Below are positions 35,568 to 45,311 of a stretch of DNA of 64,000 nucleotides, in pieces; the first letter of the stretch is position 1, and every line of letters starts with the position of its first letter. The translations under genes were made by a program, and so were the position numbers. The notes beneath the pieces were generated by a model, which was not told where the DNA came from, searched no databases, and saw only the letters and a list, made by a program, of their open reading frames with translations. The stretch is from Candidatus Binatia bacterium (GTDB lineage Bacteria > Desulfobacterota > Binatia > Bin18): positions 640,001 through 704,000 of the forward strand of contig OY761159.2 of the NCBI GenBank assembly GCA_963664395.2, written 5' to 3'.

Positions 35568-36308
35568 TCAGCGCTTCTGCACATACAGAAGAAATTCTTT
35601 ATTACCTTTTGGCCCTCGCAGGGGAGACTCCGTCACCCCTCGGACTTCAAGCTGCCACTGATTCGCACGCGCCTGCAAGTCTGCCAGCACTTCCGCGTGG
35701 AGGGCCGGATCACGGACCACACCGCCTTTACCAACCCGCCCTTTCCCCACTTCAAATTGAGGTTTGACTAAGGCGACAATCTCTCCCTTGGCGGCGATCA
35801 AGCCGATGACATGTGGAATAATCAAAGTGAGCGAAATAAACGAGGCGTCTATCACCGCCAAGCTCGGGGTCGGGATCAATTCGTCAAGAGCAAGGCTGCG
35901 GATATTACGCCGTTCCAGGTTCACGACACGCGGGTCTTGGCGGAGAGACCAGGCCAGTTGTCCGTAGCCGACGTCAACGGCAAAAATCTTGGCTGCGCCA
36001 TGCTGCAAAAGACAGTTCGTAAACCCGCCGGTTGAAGCCCCAACATCCAGGGCAATGACTCCGGTCACGTCCAAACCAAATGCCTCCAGCCCACCCGCCA
36101 GTTTGTGACCACCCCGACTGACATACGGAGACTGAGCGCCTGCCTTGAGCCGCACGGTACTAGCAGGATCAATCAGCGTGCCAGGCTTGTCCACCCGCTG
36201 CTCGCCGGCAACGACGGCGCCGGCCATGATCAGCCGCCGGGCTTGTTCCCGGCTGGAAACCAGACCACGTTCGACCAGGAGCAGATCAAGACGTTTGCGT
36301 TGGCCCAC
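35568..36308 (-). CDS. tlyA: TlyA family rRNA (cytidine-2'-O)-methyltransferase
   Basis: S4 domain RLDLLLV, YVSRGG.KL, DVGASTGGFT, LVKPQFE, GPKGN.EFL. Confidence 0.94.
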   Translation of the reverse strand: MGQRKRLDLLLVERGLVSSREQARRLIMAGAVVAGEQRVDKPGTLIDPASTVRLKAGAQSPYVSRGGHKLAGGLEAFGLDVTGVIALDVGASTGGFTNCLLQHGAAKIFAVDVGYGQLAWSLRQDPRVVNLERRNIRSLALDELIPTPSLAVIDASFISLTLIIPHVIGLIAAKGEIVALVKPQFEVGKGRVGKGGVVRDPALHAEVLADLQARANQWQLEVRGVTESPLRGPKGNKEFLLYVQKR

Positions 36309-36311
36309 GTT

Positions 36312-37217
36312 TCAGCACGATTCGGACGGGACGGCTCGTTCCATCACAAAAAGGGCGATCTGACGCAGGGGCTCGGCTTTCGGGCCAAATGATTGGAGGG
36401 CGGTGAGGGCAGCACCAAGGAGTTCCCGTGCATACTGCTTGGTTTTTTTCATCCCCAGGGCAGCCGGATAGGTGGCTTTGTTGAGCTCGGCATCGCGTCC
36501 AACCCGTTTGCCCGTTTTTGCCGTGCCGCCTTCAATGTCCATAATGTCGTCTGTCACCTGAAAGGCCAGCCCAACGGCCGTCCCATATTGGTCAAGGCGG
36601 GCGTATTGTTTCGCGCTCGCGCCACCAACCCGGGCGCCAACGCGGACCGATGCCCGCAGCAGTGCCCCGGTCTTCCGGGTGTGAATATATTCAACCCGTT
36701 TGCGAGTCGGCTTTTGGTGTTCGGCTTCGATATCTGCCACCTGTCCACCAACCATGCCGGCTATACCGGCTCCGGCCGCCACTTCCCATATGGCCTGGAG
36801 GGCCGCGGTGCGGTCCTGGCCGCGTTTGAGCGCGGCCTGGACCATAATCCGAAAGGCTTCGGTCAGCAGCCCGTCGCCAGCCAAAATGGCCATGGCTTCA
36901 CCAAACACAACATGATTGGTCGGCTTACCGCGTCGCAGGTCATCATCGTCCATGGCCGGCAGATCGTCGTGCACCAAGGAGTAGGAGTGGATCATTTCCA
37001 GCGCGCAGGCAAAGGGCAGGATGCGCTGCGGGCGAGCGCCTACGGCCTCCCCGCTGGCAAGGGCCAGGATGGGCCGAATCCGTTTCCCCCCGGAAAACAG
37101 GCTATAGTGCATGGCCTTCCCCAAGTTCTTGGGCGGGGCCTCATGGTCGGTCAGCAGTTGCTTGAGCGTCCGGTCAATCAGCGTGCAGCGCTGCTGTAAG
37201 TACTGTTCGAGTTTCAC
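36312..37217 (-). CDS. ispA: Farnesyl/geranylgeranyl diphosphate synthase
   Basis: GGKRIRP, HDDLPAMDDDDLRRG, KTGAL, FQVTDDIMD. Confidence 0.95.
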   Translation of the reverse strand: MKLEQYLQQRCTLIDRTLKQLLTDHEAPPKNLGKAMHYSLFSGGKRIRPILALASGEAVGARPQRILPFACALEMIHSYSLVHDDLPAMDDDDLRRGKPTNHVVFGEAMAILAGDGLLTEAFRIMVQAALKRGQDRTAALQAIWEVAAGAGIAGMVGGQVADIEAEHQKPTRKRVEYIHTRKTGALLRASVRVGARVGGASAKQYARLDQYGTAVGLAFQVTDDIMDIEGGTAKTGKRVGRDAELNKATYPAALGMKKTKQYARELLGAALTALQSFGPKAEPLRQIALFVMERAVPSESC

Positions 37218-37462
37218 ACGTCCTCTTCTTCGTCAGTCTCGAGACGCTGGGTCTGAAAGAGACCACTATTATCCCGGGTTAAGACCTCGACCCGTTTTTC
37301 TACCTCAGTCAGTTTCCCTTCCAGGAAGCGCACCAGCGATACCCCATCTTCAAAGGCTTGGAGGGATGCTTCGAGCGACAGGTCTCCGGCATCGAGTTTC
37401 TCAACTAACCCTTCCAAGTCCTGCAGGGCGTCTTCAAATTTTTTATCTGCCGAAATTTCCAT
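37214..37462 (-). CDS. xseB: Exodeoxyribonuclease VII small subunit
   Basis: FEDAL..LE..V..L..GDLSLE.SL..FE.G; lies between xseA and ispA. Confidence 0.92.
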   Translation of the reverse strand: MEISADKKFEDALQDLEGLVEKLDAGDLSLEASLQAFEDGVSLVRFLEGKLTEVEKRVEVLTRDNSGLFQTQRLETDEEEDV

Positions 37463-37473
37463 CTGCTCTCCAT

Positions 37474-38700
37474 CTACTTTGTGACCTCTTCAACCCGGGC
37501 CTGTGCCTCTCCTTGAGCAAAGGTTAAACGCACGCTCTCTCCAGGACGAAGCGCTGCCGCATCCCTCACCAGATTATTCTCAGGTATGGTCCGCGTGAGA
37601 CTATACCCCCGACCTAAAACGGCAAGGGGACTCAAACTGTTGAGGGTAGCCGCGACGTCTTCCAGCCGTGCGCGCCCACTCTCGTTCTTGCGCTGAAATG
37701 CCGAGCGGAGTCGTGTCATGGCTACCCGAATCTGCTCGCGCAGCGTGTCAATCTGATGCTGTGGATCACGAATACGCTCCTCACGGCGCCCAACCTGCAT
37801 TCGGCAATCCGAGACATAGCGCTGCATGGCTGTGGTAAGAGCTCGGGCGCTGCCGGCGACTTGATTGGACAAGTCAAGCCACAAGGGCACAACCATTTCT
37901 GCCGCAGCAGTCGGTGTCGGGGCACGGGAATCCGCCACCAGATCGGCAATACTCAGGTCAATCTCATGGCCGACAGCAGCCACAACAGGTACGTCAGAGC
38001 TTGCGATTGCGCGGGCCACCACCTCGTCATTGAAGGCATACAAATCCTCGCGCGAGCCCCCACCACGCCCGACAATAATCACTTCGGCCTGCCCGTGTTC
38101 GTTCAAGTCATTGATACCCGCGGCAATTTCAATGCCCGCCCCAGCGCCTTGGACCTTGGTTGGCCGAACGATCACCTGCGTATACGGACAGCGTCCGTGT
38201 AAAATTGTCAGAATATCCTGAATAGCCGCCCCCCCGAGTGCGGTGACTACCCCGATATAGCGTGGAAAGAATGGGAGGGGACGCTTGCGTTCCGGCGCGA
38301 AGAGGCCCTCGGCTGCAAGTTTGGTTTTGAGCTGCTCTAACGCTAATTGCTGCTCGCCCAGCCCGCGCGGCTCCATGCTGGCCGCATAGACCTGCAAATC
38401 TCCGCGTGCGGAATAAATGCTGACCCGGCCCTTGATAAGGACCTCAAGACCATCCTCGGGCTGAAAGCGGAGCAGCCGGGCATAGCCGCGAAACATCACT
38501 CCACGCAACTGGCTGGTGTCATCCTTGAGCGTGAAATACACATGCCCGGAGGCCGGGGCGCGCAGGCCGGATATCTCGCCAACAACCCAGACATCACCAA
38601 AGTCAGCCTCAAGCCGCCCTTGGATCAGGCTGGCCAAATCGGTGACAGACAGGGCGCGGCCGGGCTTAAAGGCAGCGGTCGTCATATGAGCGGGGGTCAC
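37474..38700 (-). CDS. xseA: Exodeoxyribonuclease VII large subunit
   Basis: VWVVGEIS, SGHVYFTLKD, GRGGGS.EDL..FN, VGHEID, APTPTAAAE. Confidence 0.95.
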   Translation of the reverse strand: MTPAHMTTAAFKPGRALSVTDLASLIQGRLEADFGDVWVVGEISGLRAPASGHVYFTLKDDTSQLRGVMFRGYARLLRFQPEDGLEVLIKGRVSIYSARGDLQVYAASMEPRGLGEQQLALEQLKTKLAAEGLFAPERKRPLPFFPRYIGVVTALGGAAIQDILTILHGRCPYTQVIVRPTKVQGAGAGIEIAAGINDLNEHGQAEVIIVGRGGGSREDLYAFNDEVVARAIASSDVPVVAAVGHEIDLSIADLVADSRAPTPTAAAEMVVPLWLDLSNQVAGSARALTTAMQRYVSDCRMQVGRREERIRDPQHQIDTLREQIRVAMTRLRSAFQRKNESGRARLEDVAATLNSLSPLAVLGRGYSLTRTIPENNLVRDAAALRPGESVRLTFAQGEAQARVEEVTK

Positions 38701-38733
38701 TACAGCAAACAGGCCGAATGAACCGGACTCGCC

Positions 38734-40095
38734 TCACTGGCCTTGTGCCTCAGCGACCGTTGTCTGAAAGACCTTCCACGACTTGAGCAATTCAAGCGCC
38801 CGGTCAAGCTGAGGATCTTTACCCATCTCGCCTTCTTTAATAGCAACCTCAGGCAGGGCTTGGGACTCAGCCGCAGCATCGGCAGGACCGTCGTCCGATT
38901 TGCCTTGCGGAGTGTGTTCGCTGATATTGTCAAAGTGTCCGCGCAAATTCTCTTCCCGCACTCCGTGCCGGCGACTGGCTGCGGCATAGGCTTCGGGTAC
39001 GTTTTCAAGTTCAATATCAGGGGCAATGCCAGTCACCTGGATCGACCGTCCATTCGGCGTGAAATACATGGCCGTGGTCAGACGGAGAGCCGCACCACCC
39101 TCGACGGGTAAAATCGTCTGCACCGAGCCTTTGCCAAAGGTCTTTGTTCCAAGCAGCACCGCGCGGCCGTGATCCTGTACCGCACCGGCAACGATCTCGG
39201 AGGCACTCGCACTACCGCCATTGACCAGGACAACGAGCGGGATGTCTGTATATCCTCCGGGATGGGCAAAATATTTTTGTTTCTGGCTTTCGAGCCGGCC
39301 CTCGGTATACACGATCATGCCGGAACTCAAAAAGAGATCGGAGACTTTAACCGCCTGACTGAGCAGTCCGCCGGGATTATTCCGCAGGTCCAGTACCATG
39401 CCTTGGAGTTGGCCATTTTCCTGGTTGAGCTTTTTCAGTACCGCGTCCAGGTCGCTACTGGTCCGATCTTGAAACTGGGTGACACGAATGTAGGCATAGC
39501 CCTTTTCCAAGGTTTTCGATTTTACACTGCGAATCTTGATCACTTCACGAATAAGGGAGATATCAATCAGGCGTGGAACATCTTCACGACGGACCGAGAT
39601 AGTAATCTGTGTCCCCTGCTTGCCACGCATCTTTTTCACAGCCTGGATGAGCGACATGTCTTTTGTCAGCTCGCCGTTGATCTTGATGATCTGGTCCCCG
39701 GCCTGGACCCCGGCACGATAGGCAGGCGTATCCTCAATAGGCGAAACAATCGTCAGAATGTCATCTCGAGTCGTGATCTCAATACCCAGGCCGCCGAAAC
39801 TGCCCTCTGTATCAACCTGGAGTTCCTGATAGGAATCAGGTGTCAGATAGGCACTGTGCGGGTCCAACGCCCTGAGCATGCCATTAATCGCCCCTTCAAT
39901 GAGGGCTTGGGTCTCTGTTTCCTCAACGTAGTTCTTTTGCACAATGGCCAGGACGTTGGTAAACGCCTCAAGGTCTTCATAGGTGCTGCGATCAACGGCT
40001 GAAACAAGATTGAGCCCATGTCCGCCGAACAGAACCAGCCCAATGCCACCAGCAACCAATCCCACAATGATTCGCTGCCGTTTTCCGTGCATCAT
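38734..40095 (-). CDS. ctpA: S41 carboxyl-terminal processing protease
   Basis: LDPHS, FGGLGIEI PDZ, DLRNNPGG, SASASEIVAGA, TFGKGSVQ, DPQL..A. Confidence 0.93.
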   Translation of the reverse strand: MMHGKRQRIIVGLVAGGIGLVLFGGHGLNLVSAVDRSTYEDLEAFTNVLAIVQKNYVEETETQALIEGAINGMLRALDPHSAYLTPDSYQELQVDTEGSFGGLGIEITTRDDILTIVSPIEDTPAYRAGVQAGDQIIKINGELTKDMSLIQAVKKMRGKQGTQITISVRREDVPRLIDISLIREVIKIRSVKSKTLEKGYAYIRVTQFQDRTSSDLDAVLKKLNQENGQLQGMVLDLRNNPGGLLSQAVKVSDLFLSSGMIVYTEGRLESQKQKYFAHPGGYTDIPLVVLVNGGSASASEIVAGAVQDHGRAVLLGTKTFGKGSVQTILPVEGGAALRLTTAMYFTPNGRSIQVTGIAPDIELENVPEAYAAASRRHGVREENLRGHFDNISEHTPQGKSDDGPADAAAESQALPEVAIKEGEMGKDPQLDRALELLKSWKVFQTTVAEAQGQ

Positions 40096-40232
40096 TTTGC
40101 CCCTCTGCTATCCGCCATGCGCTCGACTTTGTGTGGCATGACCGACTTTTTATATAGCATAATTCAAGCCCCTCGATATGGGGCGTGCACTCTCTGCTTA
40201 TCTTCCCTGCTCGGCGGGGGAATGAAGCCCGG

Positions 40233-40805
40233 CTATCCTGCTGGAGCGAAAGGAATATGGGCGCCGGGCATCTCCGTATCTACACGCCACTCCCCCTGTT
40301 GGATTAAACGCCGGAGGGCTTCCTCTACCTGAGGCTGGGCCCAGTTATTATAACCAATATGGTGATAGACGACTTGCCCCTGACGATCAATGACAAACGT
40401 CTCGGGATAACCGGTGACACCATATTTCTTGCCTACCTCTCCGTGGGTATCGAGCAGCACAGGGAAGGTATATCCCCCTTCTTGCAGATAGGGTTTCACG
40501 GTGGCGGCCCCATCAACATCCTGACTCGCCGCCAACAGCACGAAGTCTTCGCCGCTGAGTTTGTGCGCCAGGGTTTCCATAGTCGGCATCTCTTGCCGAC
40601 ACGGCCCGCACCAGGTAGCCCAGACATTCAGCAAAACAACTTTCCCCTTGAGCTGAGAGAGGCGGACAGCCTGACCGCTCACATCGGGCAGCAGGAAATC
40701 CGGGGCAGGCCGGGGCAGTGTAGTCCGAGAGGGCGTTGTGATCAGCAGCACCACACCCAGCAGAACAAGCATACCCACGCCCCCGAGGATCAACCAGGGT
40801 CTCAC
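40233..40805 (-). CDS. TlpA/ResA family thiol-disulfide oxidoreductase
   Basis: N-terminal membrane anchor, APDF, WATWCGPC, GYPETFVID. Confidence 0.9.
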   Translation of the reverse strand: MRPWLILGGVGMLVLLGVVLLITTPSRTTLPRPAPDFLLPDVSGQAVRLSQLKGKVVLLNVWATWCGPCRQEMPTMETLAHKLSGEDFVLLAASQDVDGAATVKPYLQEGGYTFPVLLDTHGEVGKKYGVTGYPETFVIDRQGQVVYHHIGYNNWAQPQVEEALRRLIQQGEWRVDTEMPGAHIPFAPAG

Positions 40806-41593
40806 CGCGATTTCTCCATTTTATTATGAACGGCTGGGAGGCGTTGCGCCTTCCTTGTGAATAAGAAACTCGTCCCGACCAGCATCAGGCCGATGCTGAG
40901 CACCTGGGCTTGGGAGAATTCTCCTAAAAGTGGAGGATTGACACGCACGAATTCCAGGAAAAACCGGGCAATCCCGGCTAATAGCAAATACCCCCAGAAC
41001 AGGGAGCCAGGGCGATGCAGAGACGTCCGGCGGTTCCATAACACGGCGGCAACCGCAAAATACGCGGCCATCTCGTAGAGCGGCGTCGGATGGACGAACA
41101 CATCCGGCGGATAGTCCCAGCCGACAATGGCATCCGGGTAGGCCATCCCCCAGGGCAAGGCGGTGGGCGGCCCCCAGTCCCCATCCCCAGCTAGCTGGCA
41201 GCCAATGCGTCCGGTCCCATGACCCAGGGCGATCGCCGGGGCAATCGCGTCCATGGTCTCCAGCCAGGGCAGCTTATAGTGCCGGATACACACACTGGCG
41301 CCGACGATACCGCCGATTAAGCCACCGTGCCAGACAAAGCCGGCACCGGTAAAAAGCAAGGCCCACGGATCAGCCAGAAACGCGGACCAATTATCCAGAA
41401 TGAAGAGCAGCCGGGCACCGAGCAGCCCACCAACGGCGGCCCACAGGACCAAGGTCGAAGCGAGGTCGGGGTTCCGGCCTTGATAGGCTAAACCTTTGCC
41501 CAGCAACCAGGCGGCGGCCACAAAGCCCAGCGCCATCATGACCCCATAGCTGTATACCGTGAAGGGGCCGAATTCGAGCAGGACAGGATACAT
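40802..41593 (-). CDS. lgt: Prolipoprotein diacylglyceryl transferase
   Basis: MYPVL..YSYG, GARL, WHGGLIGG, GRIGC, HPTPLYE, RFFLEFVR. Confidence 0.92.
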   Translation of the reverse strand: MYPVLLEFGPFTVYSYGVMMALGFVAAAWLLGKGLAYQGRNPDLASTLVLWAAVGGLLGARLLFILDNWSAFLADPWALLFTGAGFVWHGGLIGGIVGASVCIRHYKLPWLETMDAIAPAIALGHGTGRIGCQLAGDGDWGPPTALPWGMAYPDAIVGWDYPPDVFVHPTPLYEMAAYFAVAAVLWNRRTSLHRPGSLFWGYLLLAGIARFFLEFVRVNPPLLGEFSQAQVLSIGLMLVGTSFLFTRKAQRLPAVHNKMEKSR

Positions 41594-41687
41594 GCCGCGA
41601 TCATAGCTGAGGGCCTTGCCTGATACCAGATCAATATATACCGCACCGTCCTTCAGCTTGTATGAACCGGATGACTCAGCTAACTAT

Positions 41688-41737
41688 CGCCATGGAACGA
41701 GCGCCATGGAACGAGCGCCATGGAACGAGCGCCATGG
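41688..41737. repeat. Tandem repeat, about 3.6 x 14 bp
   Basis: (CGCCATGGAACGAG)3 plus CGCCATGG in the lgt/dtd divergent intergenic region. Confidence 0.9.
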
Positions 41738-41786
41738 GACTACGGGGAACTCGCGCAGAGAACACTACGAGAGAAGAAGCAACGCT

Positions 41787-42251
41787 ATGCGGGCCGTCAT
41801 CCAGCGAGTGAGTGAGGCGCACGTCTCGGTTGAAGGGAGAATCGTCGGACAGATTCAACACGGACTGGTTGTCCTGCTCGGCGTGACAACCGGTGACACC
41901 GAAGCACAGGCGGACTTTCTGAGCGAAAAAATTATGGGGCTGCGGATTTTCTCAGACGATGCGGGGAAATTCGCCTACTCCGTCCAAGACGTGGGCGGAG
42001 CACTCTTGGTTGTGTCGCAATTCACGCTGTACGGCGATACGCGCAAAGGCCGCCGCCCATCGTTTACCGCCGCGGCAGGGACGGCCACCGCCAAGCCGTT
42101 GTATGAATATTTTGTCGCCTGCTGTCAGCGCCGCCAGATCCCTGTTGCCACGGGTCACTTCCAGGCTCACATGGCCGTCCAACTGGTAAATGACGGTCCG
42201 GTGACGCTACTTATAGACACTGCGGAACGCGGGCCACGTCAGAAGGGCTGA
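41787..42251 (+). CDS. dtd: D-aminoacyl-tRNA deacylase
   Basis: [27 protein letters not shown]. Confidence 0.95.
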   Translation: MRAVIQRVSEAHVSVEGRIVGQIQHGLVVLLGVTTGDTEAQADFLSEKIMGLRIFSDDAGKFAYSVQDVGGALLVVSQFTLYGDTRKGRRPSFTAAAGTATAKPLYEYFVACCQRRQIPVATGHFQAHMAVQLVNDGPVTLLIDTAERGPRQKG

Positions 42252-42257
42252 ACAGCT

Positions 42258-42728
42258 ATGCCACAAGCCGGTTTCTGGGCCATTGACCCCACCCGTAGGA
42301 TACACTTTGGAAAAGATGGCTGGTGGTATGCCAACGATGAGCGTATCCAAAATCAGCGCATCAACAAGCTCTTTAGCCAACGTCTCCAAAAGAATGCGCG
42401 CGGAGAGTATGAAATCGTGCTTGGGCGCGATCGTGCTTTCGTTGAAATTGAAGACACACCCTATGTTGTGACCCAAGTGGCTGGAGATCCGGATCGGGGG
42501 TTTACCCTGCGCTTAAACGACGAGAGCGAAGAGAAACTTTCTCCCCCCACGCTTGCCATTGGCGCCAACGACGTCCTGTACTGCAAAGTCAAAGGGCAAG
42601 AACACGCGGCCCGCTTTCTTCGACCGGCCTACTATCAACTCACGCAGTATGTGCAGGAGGATACAATGGGATTCGTTTTACGAATAGGTGAGCGCACGTA
42701 TCCGATTCGGGTCACAGGACCGGGCTAG
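42258..42728 (+). CDS. DUF1285-like hypothetical protein
   Basis: DG.WY....I, VEIEDTPYVV, LYCKVK, ARF.RPAYYQL. Confidence 0.6.
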   Translation: MPQAGFWAIDPTRRIHFGKDGWWYANDERIQNQRINKLFSQRLQKNARGEYEIVLGRDRAFVEIEDTPYVVTQVAGDPDRGFTLRLNDESEEKLSPPTLAIGANDVLYCKVKGQEHAARFLRPAYYQLTQYVQEDTMGFVLRIGERTYPIRVTGPG

Positions 42729-42741
42729 TCTCTGTTCCCCC

Positions 42742-43194
42742 ATGCACATCGTCTTTGTTGAACCAGAGATTCCACCCAACACTGGGACGACCGCCCGGCT
42801 GTGCGCTGCCACGCAGAGTACCTTTCACCTCGTTGGTCCATTGGGTTTCTCGCTTGAGGATCGCTATCTCAAGCGAGCCGGCCTCGATTACTGGCCCTAT
42901 GTCGACGTTCAGGTGTATGAGTCGTGGAGCGCTTTCCTCGACCGGCGTCCTCCCGGCCGTCTGATTGCCTTTTCCGCCCGTGCCCAGCAGTCCTACACCA
43001 CGGTTCGCTATCGGCCCGACGACCTGCTCGTCTTTGGCAGCGAGACGCAAGGCTTGTCAGAGGCAATCCGCACGGAATATGCCGAGAGCCTGTACACCAT
43101 CCCGATGCCGGGAGCGCAGGTGCGCAGTCTGAACTTGTCCAATGCCGCGGCGATTGTGTTGTATGAGGCCCTGCGCCAATTGGGGCGGGTCTAG
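42742..43194 (+). CDS. trmL: tRNA (cytidine/uridine34-2'-O)-methyltransferase
   Basis: PEIPPNTG, LKRAGLDYW, FGSETQGL, RSLNLSN..AIVLYEA. Confidence 0.94.
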   Translation: MHIVFVEPEIPPNTGTTARLCAATQSTFHLVGPLGFSLEDRYLKRAGLDYWPYVDVQVYESWSAFLDRRPPGRLIAFSARAQQSYTTVRYRPDDLLVFGSETQGLSEAIRTEYAESLYTIPMPGAQVRSLNLSNAAAIVLYEALRQLGRV

Positions 43195-43215
43195 CGAGAA
43201 GCATCTCCGGGAACC

Positions 43216-43602
43216 TTACTTTTCTGGAAACAGCCACTTACTGAAAAACTGCCGATTCCGCGCGACGATCCAATAGCCCAGTTCAACACCCCACACAAAG
43301 GGCGGCAGACGGCCCACCCAGGCCAGACGCGAGAACCCTACCTTCCCGAGCACATACAGGCTCGCCCGGCCGGCGGACAAAACCTGCCCTTCCGGCGTAA
43401 CGACCTGGACCGAGCGCTCACACTGCCGGGCCAGGCTGTCCGTCATCGGGGGTCGGGGCGCATCCTGGTAGGGGACGGCCTGAATCTGATTCGTCACGTC
43501 GTGGTGTTTGACCCAGGCAATGGCCCGCTGACACAAGCCGCAGGCTCCGTCCCAGAACAGCCAGATGGGTTGGGCTCCGGCCGGTTCCCCAGCAGGTTCC
43601 AT
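43216..43602 (-). CDS. DCC1-like (DUF393) thiol-disulfide oxidoreductase
   Basis: WDGACGLC (DxxCxxC) and Y.IVARNR. Confidence 0.85.
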   Translation of the reverse strand: MEPAGEPAGAQPIWLFWDGACGLCQRAIAWVKHHDVTNQIQAVPYQDAPRPPMTDSLARQCERSVQVVTPEGQVLSAGRASLYVLGKVGFSRLAWVGRLPPFVWGVELGYWIVARNRQFFSKWLFPEK

Positions 43603-43608
43603 GGCTCC

Positions 43609-44082
43609 TTACCCAATCCCCATGTGTCTCAGTTCTTCTACTATGCGGTCGCGGTGGGTTGCGCCCCAATAGACTCGATGACACTGCCGGCAATGGAAAA
43701 AGGTTGATTGCGTTTGCCACACATACGCAGGCACGCGGGCTTGAACCTGCGCTCGGTCTACTGTTTCCAATTCCCGGTTACACGCGCTACACCGCCTGAG
43801 CAAAGAGGATGAGACCTTGAGCTGCAAGTCGGTACAGACTTGTTTGAGCTGCTCACGAAAGCGATCAGCTCGAAGAAAAACAAACGGCGGAACATCTTTC
43901 TGGTTCAGAAAACAGGTCCGGCGGGTCAACAGGATACGGCCCTGGCGGTGCGCTTCACGTTTCACGCTTATGGGCGAGACCTCGGGCATATAGACGGTAT
44001 CATAGCCAAGAATACGCAGCCACTTTACCAATTTGCCGACCATGCGGTCGGCTAAAAAACGAGGCTGCGGCTCAGCATTCAT
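43609..44082 (-). CDS. Mut7-C RNase domain protein
   Basis: FLAD.M.GKL.KWLRILGYDT, RILLTR, RC..CN, F..C..C.RVYW..H. Confidence 0.9.
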   Translation of the reverse strand: MNAEPQPRFLADRMVGKLVKWLRILGYDTVYMPEVSPISVKREAHRQGRILLTRRTCFLNQKDVPPFVFLRADRFREQLKQVCTDLQLKVSSSLLRRCSACNRELETVDRAQVQARVPAYVWQTQSTFFHCRQCHRVYWGATHRDRIVEELRHMGIG

Positions 44083-44225
44083 CCAGGAGTCCTTAACCGA
44101 GTCCTTACCGGGAGTCTTTATGTGTTGACGGCCTCAGAGCGTGGCCCGTGGCCCGCTTGCAGCGTAAAGTACGAAGAGCGGGAAGACAAGGGTTGGACAC
44201 GGACGGCAACGCAGTCGGAAGCTCG

Positions 44226-44344
44226 TACCCCATACCCCATACCCCATACCCCATACCCCATACCCCATACCCCATACCCCATACCCCATACCCCATACCC
44301 CATACCCCATACCCCATACCCCATACCCCATACCCCATACCCCA
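44226..44344. repeat. Perfect heptanucleotide tandem repeat (TACCCCA)17
   Basis: 119 bp of uninterrupted TACCCCA units in a divergent intergenic region. Confidence 0.95.
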
Positions 44345-44442
44345 TGATGCTCGCCGGTTCTTTTCGATCTCTTGTCAGTCCTTGCGCCCCAGAGCCCAAA
44401 AGGCTAAACCGCTGTATATTACACCCCACGAAGGAGGCTCTT

Positions 44443-45093
44443 ATGAGAATGTATAATTCACTCGGTCCAAATCCACGCTGTGTCCGCATATTCATGACTG
44501 AAAAGGGCATCACGCTTGATACGATCGAAGTAGATATTCTGGGTGCGGAAAACCGGCAGGGGCCGTATACCGACAAGAACCCCGGCGGCCAAATGCCTTC
44601 GATTGAGCTGGATAACGGCAGCATCCTGGCAGAAACGACCGCCATTTGCGAATACCTTGAAGACACCCATCCCAGCCCGGCTCTCATTGGCTCAACCCCG
44701 GAAGAAAAAGCCGAAACCCGCATGTGGCAGCGGCGCATTGAACTCCAGATCACGGAGAACCTGTATAACGGCTTCCGCTATTCCGAAGGGCTGGACATGT
44801 TTAAGGACCGTATGCACTGTCTGCCCGAAGCCGCAGCCGGCCTCAAGGAAATTGTGCAGGAAAAGCTCGCCTGGCTGGATGGCCTGATGGAGGGCAAACA
44901 GTTCATCGTGGGCGAGCGTTTTACGCTGGCCGATATTATTCTGTACTGTGCCTTTGATTTCGGGGCCGGCGTCGGCCAGAAGATCAGCCCGGACCTGAAA
45001 AACCTGACGGCCTGGTTTGCGCGGGTCGGTGGTCGCGCCAGCGCGGCCTCCAGTATCCACGAAAAGGCCAGGGCCGCAGGCATGAAGGCGTAA
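44443..45093 (+). CDS. Glutathione S-transferase family protein
   Basis: GPNPR.VRIF..EKG, NPGGQMP, LAETTAICEYLE, FTLADI; GAAGGAGG RBS before ATG 44443. Confidence 0.92.
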   Translation: MRMYNSLGPNPRCVRIFMTEKGITLDTIEVDILGAENRQGPYTDKNPGGQMPSIELDNGSILAETTAICEYLEDTHPSPALIGSTPEEKAETRMWQRRIELQITENLYNGFRYSEGLDMFKDRMHCLPEAAAGLKEIVQEKLAWLDGLMEGKQFIVGERFTLADIILYCAFDFGAGVGQKISPDLKNLTAWFARVGGRASAASSIHEKARAAGMKA

Positions 45094-45112
45094 GGTTTTC
45101 ATCGCCTTAAAT

Positions 45113-45155
45113 ATCCCCTCTTGGGAGGGGTGCCGCGTAGCGGCGGGGTGGGTTT
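45113..45155. repeat. 43-bp REP-like double hairpin, copy 2
   Basis: ATCCCCTCTTGGGAGGGGTGCCGCGTAGCGGCGGGGTGGGTTT. Confidence 0.8.
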
Positions 45156-45311
45156 CTGCCGATGGCGAGTATGCCGTGCACCGGTTGGGAACCTACCCTA
45201 GCCTGTGGCCGCCTCTCTATGATGATTTTTACAGCTCCTCACTTCATCCGTCGCTCTGTGTTTCGCCTCTTGTTCCCAACACAGGTACGGTTGCGTAATC
45301 TGACTGGGTTT

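Noticed and set aside
41616-41786. 57-aa N-terminal extension of Dtd
   Set aside because: Runs through the 14-bp repeat; the canonical MRAVIQRV start is at 41787
41688-44344. Possible CRISPR arrays at the tandem repeats
   Set aside because: Units are contiguous with no unique spacers, and there are no cas genes in the window
44105-44753. ORFs with MGYGVWG or PYPIPHT repeats, and the 323-aa GST call
   Set aside because: Translations of the (TACCCCA)17 tract; the GST has its own RBS and start at 44443
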